A DNA stretch of 64,000 bases from Schmidtea nova. Taxonomy: Eukaryota. Numbering within the stretch: the first letter of the stretch is position 1; every line of letters begins with the position of its first letter. Shown here one piece after another: positions 1 to 12,000 of this stretch. The notes beneath the pieces are model-generated. The model worked only from the letters and a program-made list of their open reading frames with translations, searched no databases and had not been told where the DNA came from. A program made the position numbers and the translations under genes. The stretch spans positions 407,092,001-407,156,000 of the forward strand of contig CM097883.1 in the NCBI GenBank assembly GCA_044892505.1, given 5' to 3'.

Positions 1-492
1 ATACTCCAAGATAATTTATTTAATAATTGAATCGGTTATTGTGTGTGATGCATGCTTACCATTTGTGACTAACAAAGTAATTGACCAATAATATTTGAGT
101 ATTCAATTCATAACTGTGAGTATGCATTGGTATCGATTGTTAATCATCATGCATTGAACAATTTTGATTCTTAAATTATGAATATTTATAAATATAAAAG
201 TTTTGATTTATAAATCTAAAATTTGTCTCGATTTTTATAAAGGATAAATGAAATAAATGCTAACAAATAGCGGTTACAATCTCATATTACTCGTGTTTGA
301 ATAAGCACAAATCTACAAAACTGGATTGCTAAATACTCTATTAATTCTTTGTTTTTGAATGCCACTCTTTCTCCTCATCAATCTTTCTATTCTTTTTATT
401 AATATTTACAATATAAGGTTATTTGATAATTTCCTTTTTCTGCTTTCATTTTCTGACTTTCAATTATCTGTGTAATTAGTTGCCCTGGAGTC

Positions 493-793
493 CAGGGATA
501 CCATCTTTGAGATTTAAATATGCGGGACAAAATTTTTACCAATTAAATGTTTACTTGAATACTTTTTTATCATTTGTCTTTGACCACAAGGACGAGAATG
601 ACGAACTGTCATCACAATTCAAAAGTCCCAGTAGGCAATTTGTACTGCACAAAATATCCCAACTCGTGAAATAAAAATCCAAATTAACCAAACCCCACCA
701 AACAAAATAAAGTGACAATTTTCGTTACAGGGCTTGTATATATCTTAGGTGTGTGGGACAATCCCACCTAGGGCGGGACAGATGGTAACCCTG
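493..793. mobile_element. hAT-like MITE (301 bp)
   Basis: TIRs CAGGGATACCATCT / AGATGGTAACCCTG (13/14 match); no coding capacity. Confidence 0.7.
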
Positions 794-1073
794 CCCTGGA
801 CAGATTAAGTTTTTACTCCACAGATTTTCCTATCTATAATAAAAATAACTAATTTCATCTTTACTTTCCCTGTGGCAATAATTATCCAGTTTATTTTCAC
901 ATTATGCTTTTTAGGCATTTTCTTTTACAATTGTCAAGAATCAGCAGTTGAAACACTAATGTCACTGAAGATATAAGATTTTGTTTGTCCTGTTTCATAA
1001 ACTTAGACATTGCCTAATAGAAATCAGCTTCATTCAATTAAATAATTCAAATTAAAAATAATTATATATTTAG

Positions 1074-3031
1074 ACAGTTTAACCGAACAGCCCGTAATCA
1101 GCCGCCAGAGCGAATCATCAAGGGTCCACGTGATCGCCGGTTTGATATCAATATTGGAGAATGTGATCGAAGTAAAAGTCAGTGACAGCATTCTAGAACG
1201 ATGCTCGAATTATGATTTCTTTTTCGAATTTATTCTTCATTTATTATCTCACACAAATGCTCTGGTTCGACAAAAGGTTTCGTTGTCTGAATCCTTTTTA
1301 TAAAAAATCTTTAAAATTTTATTTAGAGTTTATCATTATTTCGTGTCTATCTCTTTCGTAAGAAGCCTCAAATACAACAAAACCACAATCCACCGCTGGC
1401 CATAAATTTAGTCTCTCATGTCATTCATCAAAACCCAACAACGAAAGAAATATTAGCTGAAGCGGTTTCAATAATTTTTGGGCAAAATTTATTGAATATA
1501 ATTATGGACATTGATTGGGAAAATTATTCAATTTTTAACTCTGTAAGTAAATACGTTTATTTGGAATCAACAACCATTGTTTTAATGGGGGTAGCGGTAT
1601 AGGGTTACTTGAAAAATAACAAATGACAAGATTGACTTTATAGTAAGCACCGAATAATAATCTACAACAAACTTTTTAATATTCATGTTTTAACATGTGG
1701 TACAGGAAATAGATTAAGATATTTTGACTAACAAATAAAGGGGGTATTATCATGCCCATAGACAACCAAAGAGTGCTTATCTGTAAACAATACTGAATCA
1801 ATAATTCCTTGTAGACCTCAAACTGCACCAAACCAACAGAACTCACTAATATAAATTCAGAACTAAAATCAATTTGTAAACTTCAAGGAATTGTATCAAA
1901 TCAAACCGATAATTTGACGTTTTCAACAACTTTCGACGAATTAATCAATTCTAGCAATCATTTCGGTTTACAATATCAGAAAAGTGCCATTTTACTGCTA
2001 TCAATACTGAGCAACATCGACAGTGATTCAATGCTGTGGGCTTTCAAGTTATGCGGATGGCTATTTGTGGTAATTCAATCACCGAAAAATTTCATTGATT
2101 ATTGTTTCACATAGAATCATTCAACACTGCTTCAAGCTTGCTTGAAATCTGGATTCCTAGAATTTATGTGCAATTTCCCATCTTTGTTTTATAAAGAATC
2201 AATTACAAAACAAGACCCAAGATTCACAGCCTTCCTTGATTTATGCATCATAACATCGGTAAACATAGTTGCTTCGAACAGAATACAAGAATTCAAAAAA
2301 TTACTAGAGATGTGTGAAATATTGCATGGCTCCGCATTGAAAAGATCGAAACAATTAACAAAAACAGGTAGCAATTTTTTAAGATTTCAAAATAGCAAAA
2401 CTAGAAAAAAATTTATTATTTACATTTAACAAATTAGCTCATTTCAAATGTGAATTGAATTTAGGAAACCTCCACAGCACTGGAATTGTTGTGCAATACA
2501 TATTGGATAAAATACTAGTGACAATTATTGAAAGTATTTGTATTATTAATTCAAACGATCCGGCTTTCAACATCCCGATCAAAAGCACCTGCTGCATTCA
2601 GAAATTTCGTAAGTTTTTATAATTATTATAATTCTAAACACAAAGCAAATTATATCAAACTTTTATTTTATTAATATTAACACACAACAATCAATTTAAC
2701 ACAATAATATAAATAAATTTATTAAAACCTTCTAATAAACACTAATAATTTATACAACTAAGTCTTTTATTATCATTGAAAACAACTAAAAACAGTTTTG
2801 CAATAACCCAAAAGTGAATTACGAATATATGTATATATATAACAAACAAATATTGATTACTTTTACACAATACTTATAAAAACTACTAATATCATTTAAT
2901 TTAAAATTAATTTTTTTCAGTATTCAAATACAGGCTGCTTACGAATCAATTTGGATATCAGAAGAATTTAAACGAACAGCTTTCAGAAACAATTAAATCG
3001 ACAATTGGGATAATAATCAACACAGAAAAAT
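1074..3031 (+). CDS. LYST: LYST exon cluster upstream of the PIWI-bearing intron (6 exons, helical-repeat region)
   Basis: Six short exons join in phase (…[12 protein letters not shown]|[10 protein letters not shown]…; …CIQKF L FKYRLL…). The last donor is GTAAGT at 3032. Confidence 0.75.
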
Positions 3032-6000
3032 GTAAGTAATATTCTAAAAACGCCTTTTCACTCTCTCTCTCTCATTCTTTTCTTCTGTCTACAAATAAAA
3101 GAGGCGATTTCGTATTCTTTCATTAATTGCAACTGGATTCGATCCTTTATGCACTTTTCCAACTAACTCAGCCAATCTATGGGCATAATGAACTGGAACC
3201 GGAACACGAATGGTTCCCATCCAATTGAAATACAAATGAGTTAACGCATAGGTTATTTTCTGCAATTCATTTGGTGCCATTGGATCCATTGTTCCTTTTT
3301 TCGTAAGTAAACGAGTATCTTCCAACACGTTGTAATTAGTTGGGGTCGCTGTTCCTTTTGTTGTTCTTTGCGAAACGAGGAAAAATTCATAGAAATTAGG
3401 CTTGACAATTTCTTTATCAACAACCGTTCCAGGATTAGGATTATTGCCACGATTAAACAATTTAGTTCCAACTCGTTTTTTCACGATAACATAGATAATT
3501 TGCGGTACAGGAAATCCGTTCCCTTTGTAGATATTCTCTATCAACGGTTTCATCGCATCTACTTCAAAATTCTTTGTAAATTGCAATTGATTATCCCCGA
3601 CACCATCTCTAAACACCAGGATCCTTTGAGGCAATATATCGTAACGTTTTTTAAAATCTTCCAATGCCAAATTGAAATTTTTTCCCAACGTTTCATGAAA
3701 TTCCTGTCGACCTTTAGGGGAGTTTACAAAGCTCATATATTGTGTAAATGTACTATTAATTGAAAAAACCGATGCCTGAATTGATTTTTTACTAGATTTA
3801 TTATGGTAAGTATCCATTCCGACAATCATTGTTGGTCGCAATTTGATTTCCACGGTCCATGGATCATAACCGAATTTAGCAAAAATTTGCATTACGGTTT
3901 TACTGGAAACTACCTTTCTACGTTTATCATTTCTGTTAGTTCCATTACGTGTTGTTACACATTGTGTTAGAAGTCCAGTGCTCATTGTAAAAGATTTTAC
4001 CTTTGCATAAACTCTATCATCCGGTACAAATACCAACGCCATTTTAGCACAACCGCTGCCACTTCTTGCTGAATCATTCAAACACCGTTCAACATCGTTG
4101 GGTCCACAGGTATTGACCTTGCCAACTCTCGCATCAATTCTCATATTTCTTAACTCCTGTTCAACATCATTCATAAAATTCTTATATTGGAAATCATTCC
4201 TGTCAACAATAACAACATCAATTTCATGTTTTCTATCCCGTTTGATATCAAATTGCACTCGTCCGAATTTCCAATCATCCCCGATTTTCTCATTAATCTT
4301 ACTACCACCGCTAATAACATCACAAGGTGGCAGCTCTCTGCCTTCAATTTCTAGCGGCTTATTATCAATTTTCAATTGCCATTTATTACACATTCCAGTT
4401 GCAGCATCACTGTTCTTTATCCAATTACAATACGCTGGAATATCATCCAATCTTTCTCTTGGTTCTCGTTTTAACACACATCCCAAATTTTTCTGTAAAT
4501 CCATATTAGACTTTTCTTGATCTGAAAATCCACATAGAAAACACAACTCTCCGGGAATATTCAGTGTCATGTCTTTGTCTTCGGGTGCTTCCTTTTCTCG
4601 TTCTTTCTCTTTTTCCTTTTCTCCTTCGACTGCTTCTTCTCCTTCGGGTTTCTTTCTCCGTTCACGTCGCATGGGCTTTTTAACCCTAGTCAAAACAAAC
4701 GGTTGATCGCCTTGTGTCAAACGGATATTGTAACGCTCTTTAAAGTATTCAGAATAAGATAAGGTTCTTCCTCCCATCTCGAATTTTTCATCGACATTCA
4801 TTTCTTTTATCTCACTAATTCGATAAGTTTTGTTGTTATATTTCGTTATAATATCTCTCCCTATTAATTGATCAATGCTACGACGATTATAGGCTTTCAT
4901 AACTGAGTTATCATTTAAAACCCTATTAATTCGTTCAATATACAGCAACGTGGTTAATTCTCCAGTCGGTTTCGTACCTCGTTGCAACGTAGTTCCAAAT
5001 CCACCAAGAACTTTAAAACTATTTGTTTCGAAAAATGTCGGTCCAGAATTTCTAGGAACTTCATCTTTTGTTATATTTGGACTTAAAAAATATCCTTTTC
5101 CAATTCTTTCCTGACCTAACATGACTTGTAGATTGTTCAATAGAACGTTTATCATTTGATAGTATTCCTCGGTTTCCGGTAGGATTGTCGCTACTAATCT
5201 TAATGTCATTTTCTTTTCATCGTGACTGAATTCTTGGATATCCGACTCACCATGCCATTTTTCACTCGTGAACAACCGTCTACCATCGAAACAAAATGCT
5301 CCTGGAAGTTTGTTTTCCTGGCAAACTCGTACAATGAATTGCAATTTGACTTTCGGTGACAATCCGACTTGTGAGAATACAGAGTCGTACATCATGAATT
5401 TCTCAGAACGGAGAACGGAGAATTTTGTGAAATTTGATTGTAGTTTAACTGTTCTGCCGATGTTACCTGTTTTTTCGATTATATCGGCTGGTTGAAGGTT
5501 TGGCTCGACAATTCGAAATGTTCGTCGTAGGCCACCTCGGTTACCCATTTTACCACGCGTTTCACTGCCATTTGCTTCAAGTTTTGCTACTTTTATCGGT
5601 ACTAAATCACAAAAGAAGTTATAATATTAATAAAGTTTTTGTTTATTTTAGTAAAACTCACTTTCCTCCATATTTTTTTTCGAAAATTATAATATACTAT
5701 TAAAACAAATTGAATTATTTGATATTAAGTGCCTTTGTGTTTTATAAATATAAAATAAATATTTATATAAGTAATTGTAGATGAAATTGTTTTTAATTAA
5801 TTAAATTTTATATTTAAATTTAATTAAATTTTTAATTAAATTTAGGTTTCACGTCATATTATGGTGATCTTTGTGAAATTGTGGGTTTAAGTACATTATC
5901 CTATTCAATGGTTTTGATTAGCAACTGCTTGGTAATTTTTAATAGTTTTTAATTTTTACCTATTTATATTAAATTAGAATAATAAATTTATATTGCTAAA

Positions 6001-9000
6001 AATTTGACTAAGTTTTCATACTTTATACTTAGAATAATAAGAATGTAGTGTTTCTCATTTAATATTGTGATATTTGCATTTAATAGTGTTAATATTTAAT
6101 ATAATATTTAATAAATTTAGTATAAATTTTACAATAGTGGTTCTTAACCAGTAGTACGAGTGGTAACGATATGACTACCCTACATATAATAAATAAAGAT
6201 GTTGACGTAACCCTACTACCTGGACGAACCTGTGCAAACTTCTTTTTAATGTAAAGGAAATAAATCGAAATTCATTATGCTAATTTCATAAATATTATAT
6301 AATAAATAAAGTAATTAATTTCAAATGAATCTTTTGTGAGTGATAAAGGATTAAATTGCATTATCATGATTGCCTCACTCTTACAAAATGCGGATTATTA
6401 ATATTAAGTACATTGTGTAATAACATAAACTTTCAGTGCCACGAAAAAACAGGCCTTTTTGAACATGTTGTTATCAGACAAATCGACCAAAAAAACTTTT
6501 TTTAAAGTTACCGTCAGACAATTACGACTGACACAAAACTACAACTAAAACAGTGTAATGTATCATAAAAACCACAGTGTACTAAAATATTTTCGTATTT
6601 TCTCCGAGAAATAAAATACAGTCAGTCACTTTTGTTAACTTGATGGCCGCTAATTTAGAAATATCTGTATCTTAGCATATCTTATTACTAATTAAAATTT
6701 TAAAAAATCGATTCTTGTAAATTTTATCTTGAAAACGAATCTGATAGATTTAATGATGTTTAGTGAGTCTTTTTATTTGGACCTGACAAGTGATTTATCT
6801 ACGTCCTAACGTTGGGTATTAAATATAATCAGGTGATAATATTATATCAACCCCTACATAAAAATTCTATTTTTGGATATTTAGATTGAGAAATTATTGA
6901 ATTTTAGTTGTATTAATAAAGAAAAATTTAAACGAAGATAATTATTTAAATTTTCTAATGATTTCTGTTAATAAGTAAATAATTCTATTTCCTACACCAT
7001 CGATCAACTTTTTCATTTCAATTTCGTTTTCCTTCATTTATAGTTAGAGATCACAGGCTCCCGATCTTTTTTAGAATCATTTCCGCATTTTACGAAGGCC
7101 AAGTGATCTGTGACCAGGAAACAGAGACATATGGAAACAGAGACATATGGAAACAGAGTTAGGAAAGGGTACAATTAGATTCGAAATGCAAAATGTGCAA
7201 ATTTGAGGGGAAAATTAATAGGTGGTTAATTTATCGAAATTGAATGTGGAAAACGGAACAGGTATAGATTACCTAATGGCGAAGAACATAATGATTAGGA
7301 ATCTGTCAGAAAATGTTCAGAAAGGGTCGAAAAGCATGCAAATGCATAAAAACAGAAAATCGTTAATTTATTAATTAGTTGGGTAATGTAAAACATGAGC
7401 TAATGGGAAACCCGATCCGATGGAGAACCCATGAGATAAATAAAACAGGAGCTCGGCAAACAAAGAGAGTAAACAAAGTGGATTTCGAAAAAGCCATTAT
7501 CTCGACATTATGAGTAATGGGAGTAAATAAAATTGGTTTTTACGAAAGGATAACAGAAGAGAGTTATTAATCACTATTAGCTCTCAATATTCAAGAAAAC
7601 CGATTGTCAACGCGTTGCCAGTCAGAGGAAATTGGACCAAAACCTACTTAATCAAAATGAGTATTCTAGTAAAAAAAGAAACTCAGAATTGAAAACAATC
7701 GGCATTTTGCCTTAGTTAGGGAGAAGAAACAGAGATTAGGCTAAAGGTATTATAGTTGGAATGAATATGGAAACAAAGCGATTAGCGAAACGATCAATTA
7801 AAAAGACTAAAGAAAAAGAGTAAGAAATTTAGGAAGAGCTGAATTAAAGGAAAACCAAATTGTTATAAAGCGCACAAGGTCAAGACATCCCACCCTGGAG
7901 CTCGATCGAATAATTAGAACGCTGTATTATTGATGTGTATTGTAAAAAGATTGTATTAATTTAAAACAAATATACGTTGGTAGTGTTATTAATTTTTGAT
8001 TTGTTTGAACACGAGGAGTCAGACGCCGACGATTATTATCTGATTTAATTAAACCCAACACATGGAAGATGTTTGAACTTCATATCTTCTCTTGACCACG
8101 TCTTTCGTAAAACCTTTATCCTGGCCTGTTTCCATTTATCCGGACAAACAATATTTTACATAACTTTACCCAATTCAATTTGATCGGAAATCCCTCTTTA
8201 TAAAATTACTGAATTGTAAAGAAAGTTTCAAATTTGCCCATAGTTTTGAACGAAAACATTTTATGTGAGCAATTCCTAGTTTTTTCTCTAGTAAGATACC
8301 AGAAGGAGGAGTATGATTTTAATAGTGTAACACCGGAAATATATCTGCGTATTTATATCTTTCTAACTAAAATTTATTAATTTATATTTATCAGGCTTGT
8401 AATCAAACTCCTGATGAGTTTTCTGTTTTTCTGGGATGCAAGGAGGCAACCAAAAGTCATCTAGGAGATTTACTGATCTGTCTCACTCAGTCAAAATTGA
8501 GCATCCATTTGAGATTGGAAGCAGTGAAATGTGTTTTTAAATTTCATAATTTTGACAGAGTAGTTCGGTATTGTCTACTGGGGAATTCTTCGGTTGGGTT
8601 TTCAGGTGATTTGATTAAAGAAATTAAATTGTCAACATTTCAGGGATCATTGTGTTTGATTCTCAATGTCAAACAAATTCTCGAGCATGTTAGACGAACC
8701 GGAAACCAAACCGACGAGTTTGTCAAAAGTCTTTCTCAGTTGTTGTTTGCTATCAGTCCAGATTTCTCCGTTGAAGCTCTAACCGAAGACAACAGAAATC
8801 TTTGGATAAAAGAGAATGAATCCAAACTTAAGACCTATAAAGAGAAATTCAAAAGTACATTGAACACTTGGAATGTAAGTTAAATATAATTACATACCCA
8901 TTGCTATTTTACATTTTCCTCTTCAATACATTGCAGAAGGTTGTAAGAAAATAATCTGAACAGGATAGGGTAAAAGTTGCCTTTTTGAATTTAAAGTCTT

Positions 9001-12000
9001 GTTTTTCATAAGTTGTTTCCTTTATATCTTTAACTTTTCAATGACTGACCATCTTGTTGCAAGACAGAAAAGACAGAAAAGTTGTATTTCCCCTTTTCAA
9101 TATTATTCCAATATCACTTAATCCTTTTACCAAATCAGCTTTTAGAAGACCCGGCCAGTGGTCGCTGACCGGGATTCATGTTGGCTAGATAAACTTCGTT
9201 TATCCAGAAGTATCGGATAAACCAATACAAATAACCGACCTTATAAATGGAGACTTAGGACCTAAACTATAACCCATCGAAAATGTAGTCACACTGGTAC
9301 ATTTTACTTTCCATAATAGAATCTCAGTCATTACACAAGGTGTCACTTATTAGAGGCTTAGATCGCATATGATCCTTAAATCTTTTGTTTAGAAAGGGAC
9401 TCCCGCCTAAATCACCGAAAAAGTCAAATTTAAGAAGAATTTGAAAACCCAAATAATTGGGATCCCAGATAACCGAGGATATTCTGTGTTATAATCAGCT
9501 TAATGTATTTTACGCGCAAAATAATTATCGGGCCGCAGTTCCTTTCAATGTTTATAAATAATAACAATGCTAAATTTCTTTTTTTAGCAAAATGCTGACA
9601 GAAGATTTAATGAAGTCTCGATTCAAATGAAAAACTCTTACAACAATTATCGGACATATGCAAGAAAGAATCTACAGCACGAGTACGTTTCCAATATTAA
9701 AAACCAAAGAGCATCAGAATTCTATAGAAGATTATCGTGGAAAATACTAATTGCTACCTTTACCCAAGAGAAGTAATTAGAAAAAATTATTAACAGTCAA
9801 CAAAAATTAATGAACCTTCCAATTACAGTGAGATCTGGGATGATTCAAATAAGAAGTCACAAATCTACAGACTGGATCCCATTGAAGGTCCATCTAGAAT
9901 CAGGCGAAGAATGATCAAGACTACTCACAAGATTGACAATAAATATTTCGATCCAAAATCAACAGCTAGAAATGGTAAAATATCTCTTTATGTTGAATCT
10001 TTTGATTTTTGAAACTAATTTTATAAAATATATTAGTGAATTGTTAGAAATATCTATTGGAAATTTATTACAAAGATTAATAACAATTGATAAAGGCAGT
10101 GCTGAAAATTTGTGGTTACATTTAATAATTCTATCTATATACTATCATCCAATAAAAAACGTTATTTTCGATCAATGGTGAACAAAAATTAGATTAAATA
10201 TCTAACCGATAATATATCGCCCGCGTAACGCTCATCAAACTCCCTATAATAAAGTTCTATAATATAAAATACGCTCACTGTGTGTTAGCGGTGTACTAAC
10301 AATGAATAAATACTTCATTATCATGTAAAATCCTGCAGACAAGTAGGATAGAAAAATAAAATTAATCACAAAAAGCAGCAAATGTATGTTTTTTTTCTGA
10401 CAATGAAAACGTTGAAAATAGATTGCATACATGCATACATTTTATAATATTTGTTGCATTTCGTGTGTTAATTTGTGTGTATTATAAGGATATTATTCAT
10501 CGTTAGCACACCACTAACACACAGGTGAGTGTATTCAACTTCTATTTTATAATTTAATTTTATATCATAAGGTTTTAATGAGCGTTATACGGTCTAATAG
10601 TAAAATTTAAGGACTTGAAAGTAATTTTGCTTAATTAATATTTTTCTATTTACCTTTATTTCTGTTCATTAAGTCCACTCTCAAGTATTATAATCACTAA
10701 TTACTTATATAGGACGTACTCAGATTAGTTACCCTGTCAATTATATGGGCTTTTGATCAACCATTTTCCTTCTTTAGCCTTTCTGATATTTCTTTAATTA
10801 GAGGGTTAACAAACTAACGACTCGCGACCTAAATGATGTTTTTAGCATCTTGCGGCGATAAAAACAGAAACAATTATAAATTCTAAATGCTTTATGTAAG
10901 CTATAACATCAGAAATGCTACGAATTATCTGTAACCGATAGTATTTCAGATAAAATTGTGATTAAGAGTTACGTGCAGACTAATAGAAAATGGAAAGTTC
11001 AATGAGTCAATTCATATTCAGCACTAGAACAGCAAACACCTATTACAAGGTAACTCGTAGCTGGTGCCCAAAACAAGCCTTTAAGTACGAATTAACTCGT
11101 AGTCGACAGCAAACGTGTTAATTGTACTTTATAATCTTCACAATTTAAAACACTTACTCTTCATTATAATCTTTATTCAAATCACAAAACTAAATGTCGA
11201 ATATTTAAACAACTAATTATATAAATAATCGACCCAGCTCTTATATTATGCTCATTTACAGTTCAATATAAAAATACTAACGGTGAAAGCTTGACATTTC
11301 TGTTTGATTCCACATATCAGGTTGATAAAATTGTTTATGAAAACCCGATCGACTGTCAACTGTTAAAATGCATCGAGGATATCCAGATCTCTTGTCCGTG
11401 TATATTGGTCTGCGAATCCGGTCATTTCAAAGGAGAATTTTTTGTCGGAAATTGGAGAATTGGATTCTTAGAAGACCGAGTCAACAATCTGTACAGCGAA
11501 TATGATGAAGTTGTGACATTTTTTTCTTTTTTTCTTTTTACTTTTTGATTTAGTTGCCTAATTATTTGAAGGATTTTGGTTTCATAAATTGGCACTTAAA
11601 TGAAATAGAGTGGGTGCTTAAGAGACGATTCAAGTTAAGAGATTACGCCTTGGAAATGATTATGAAGGACGGCAGAAATTGTCTCATTGCAATGAATTCG
11701 ACCCTGGTTTTACATTTTTGCCAATTGATTTTGATATTGTATTGGTCTTTCAGGAAAGAGACAGAATCCTTAGTTTCATAGAAAATATTCTCCCACCAAA
11801 TGCCAATAGGAAGCCACGTCTTATTGACATACAGCGCGAATGGGCCGACGGGAAAATGAGCAATTTTGATTATCTTACATTTCTCAACACAGCCGCTGGA
11901 AGGAGCTACAATGACATTATGCAATATCCAGTGTTTCCTTTCATTTTGACGGTAACTTCTAATGCTATTTGATTCTAGGGCATATCAGGAGGGTATTAAC

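Noticed and set aside
3253-5495. Short ORFs overlapping PIWI, LYST exons or the hATm transposase
   Set aside because: They are shadow frames of real coding sequence with no independent motifs.
9130-9540. GC-hairpin segment (cccggccag…ctgaccggg) as a possible ncRNA
   Set aside because: More consistent with a non-autonomous Helitron-like terminus; no tRNA, snRNA or rRNA features.
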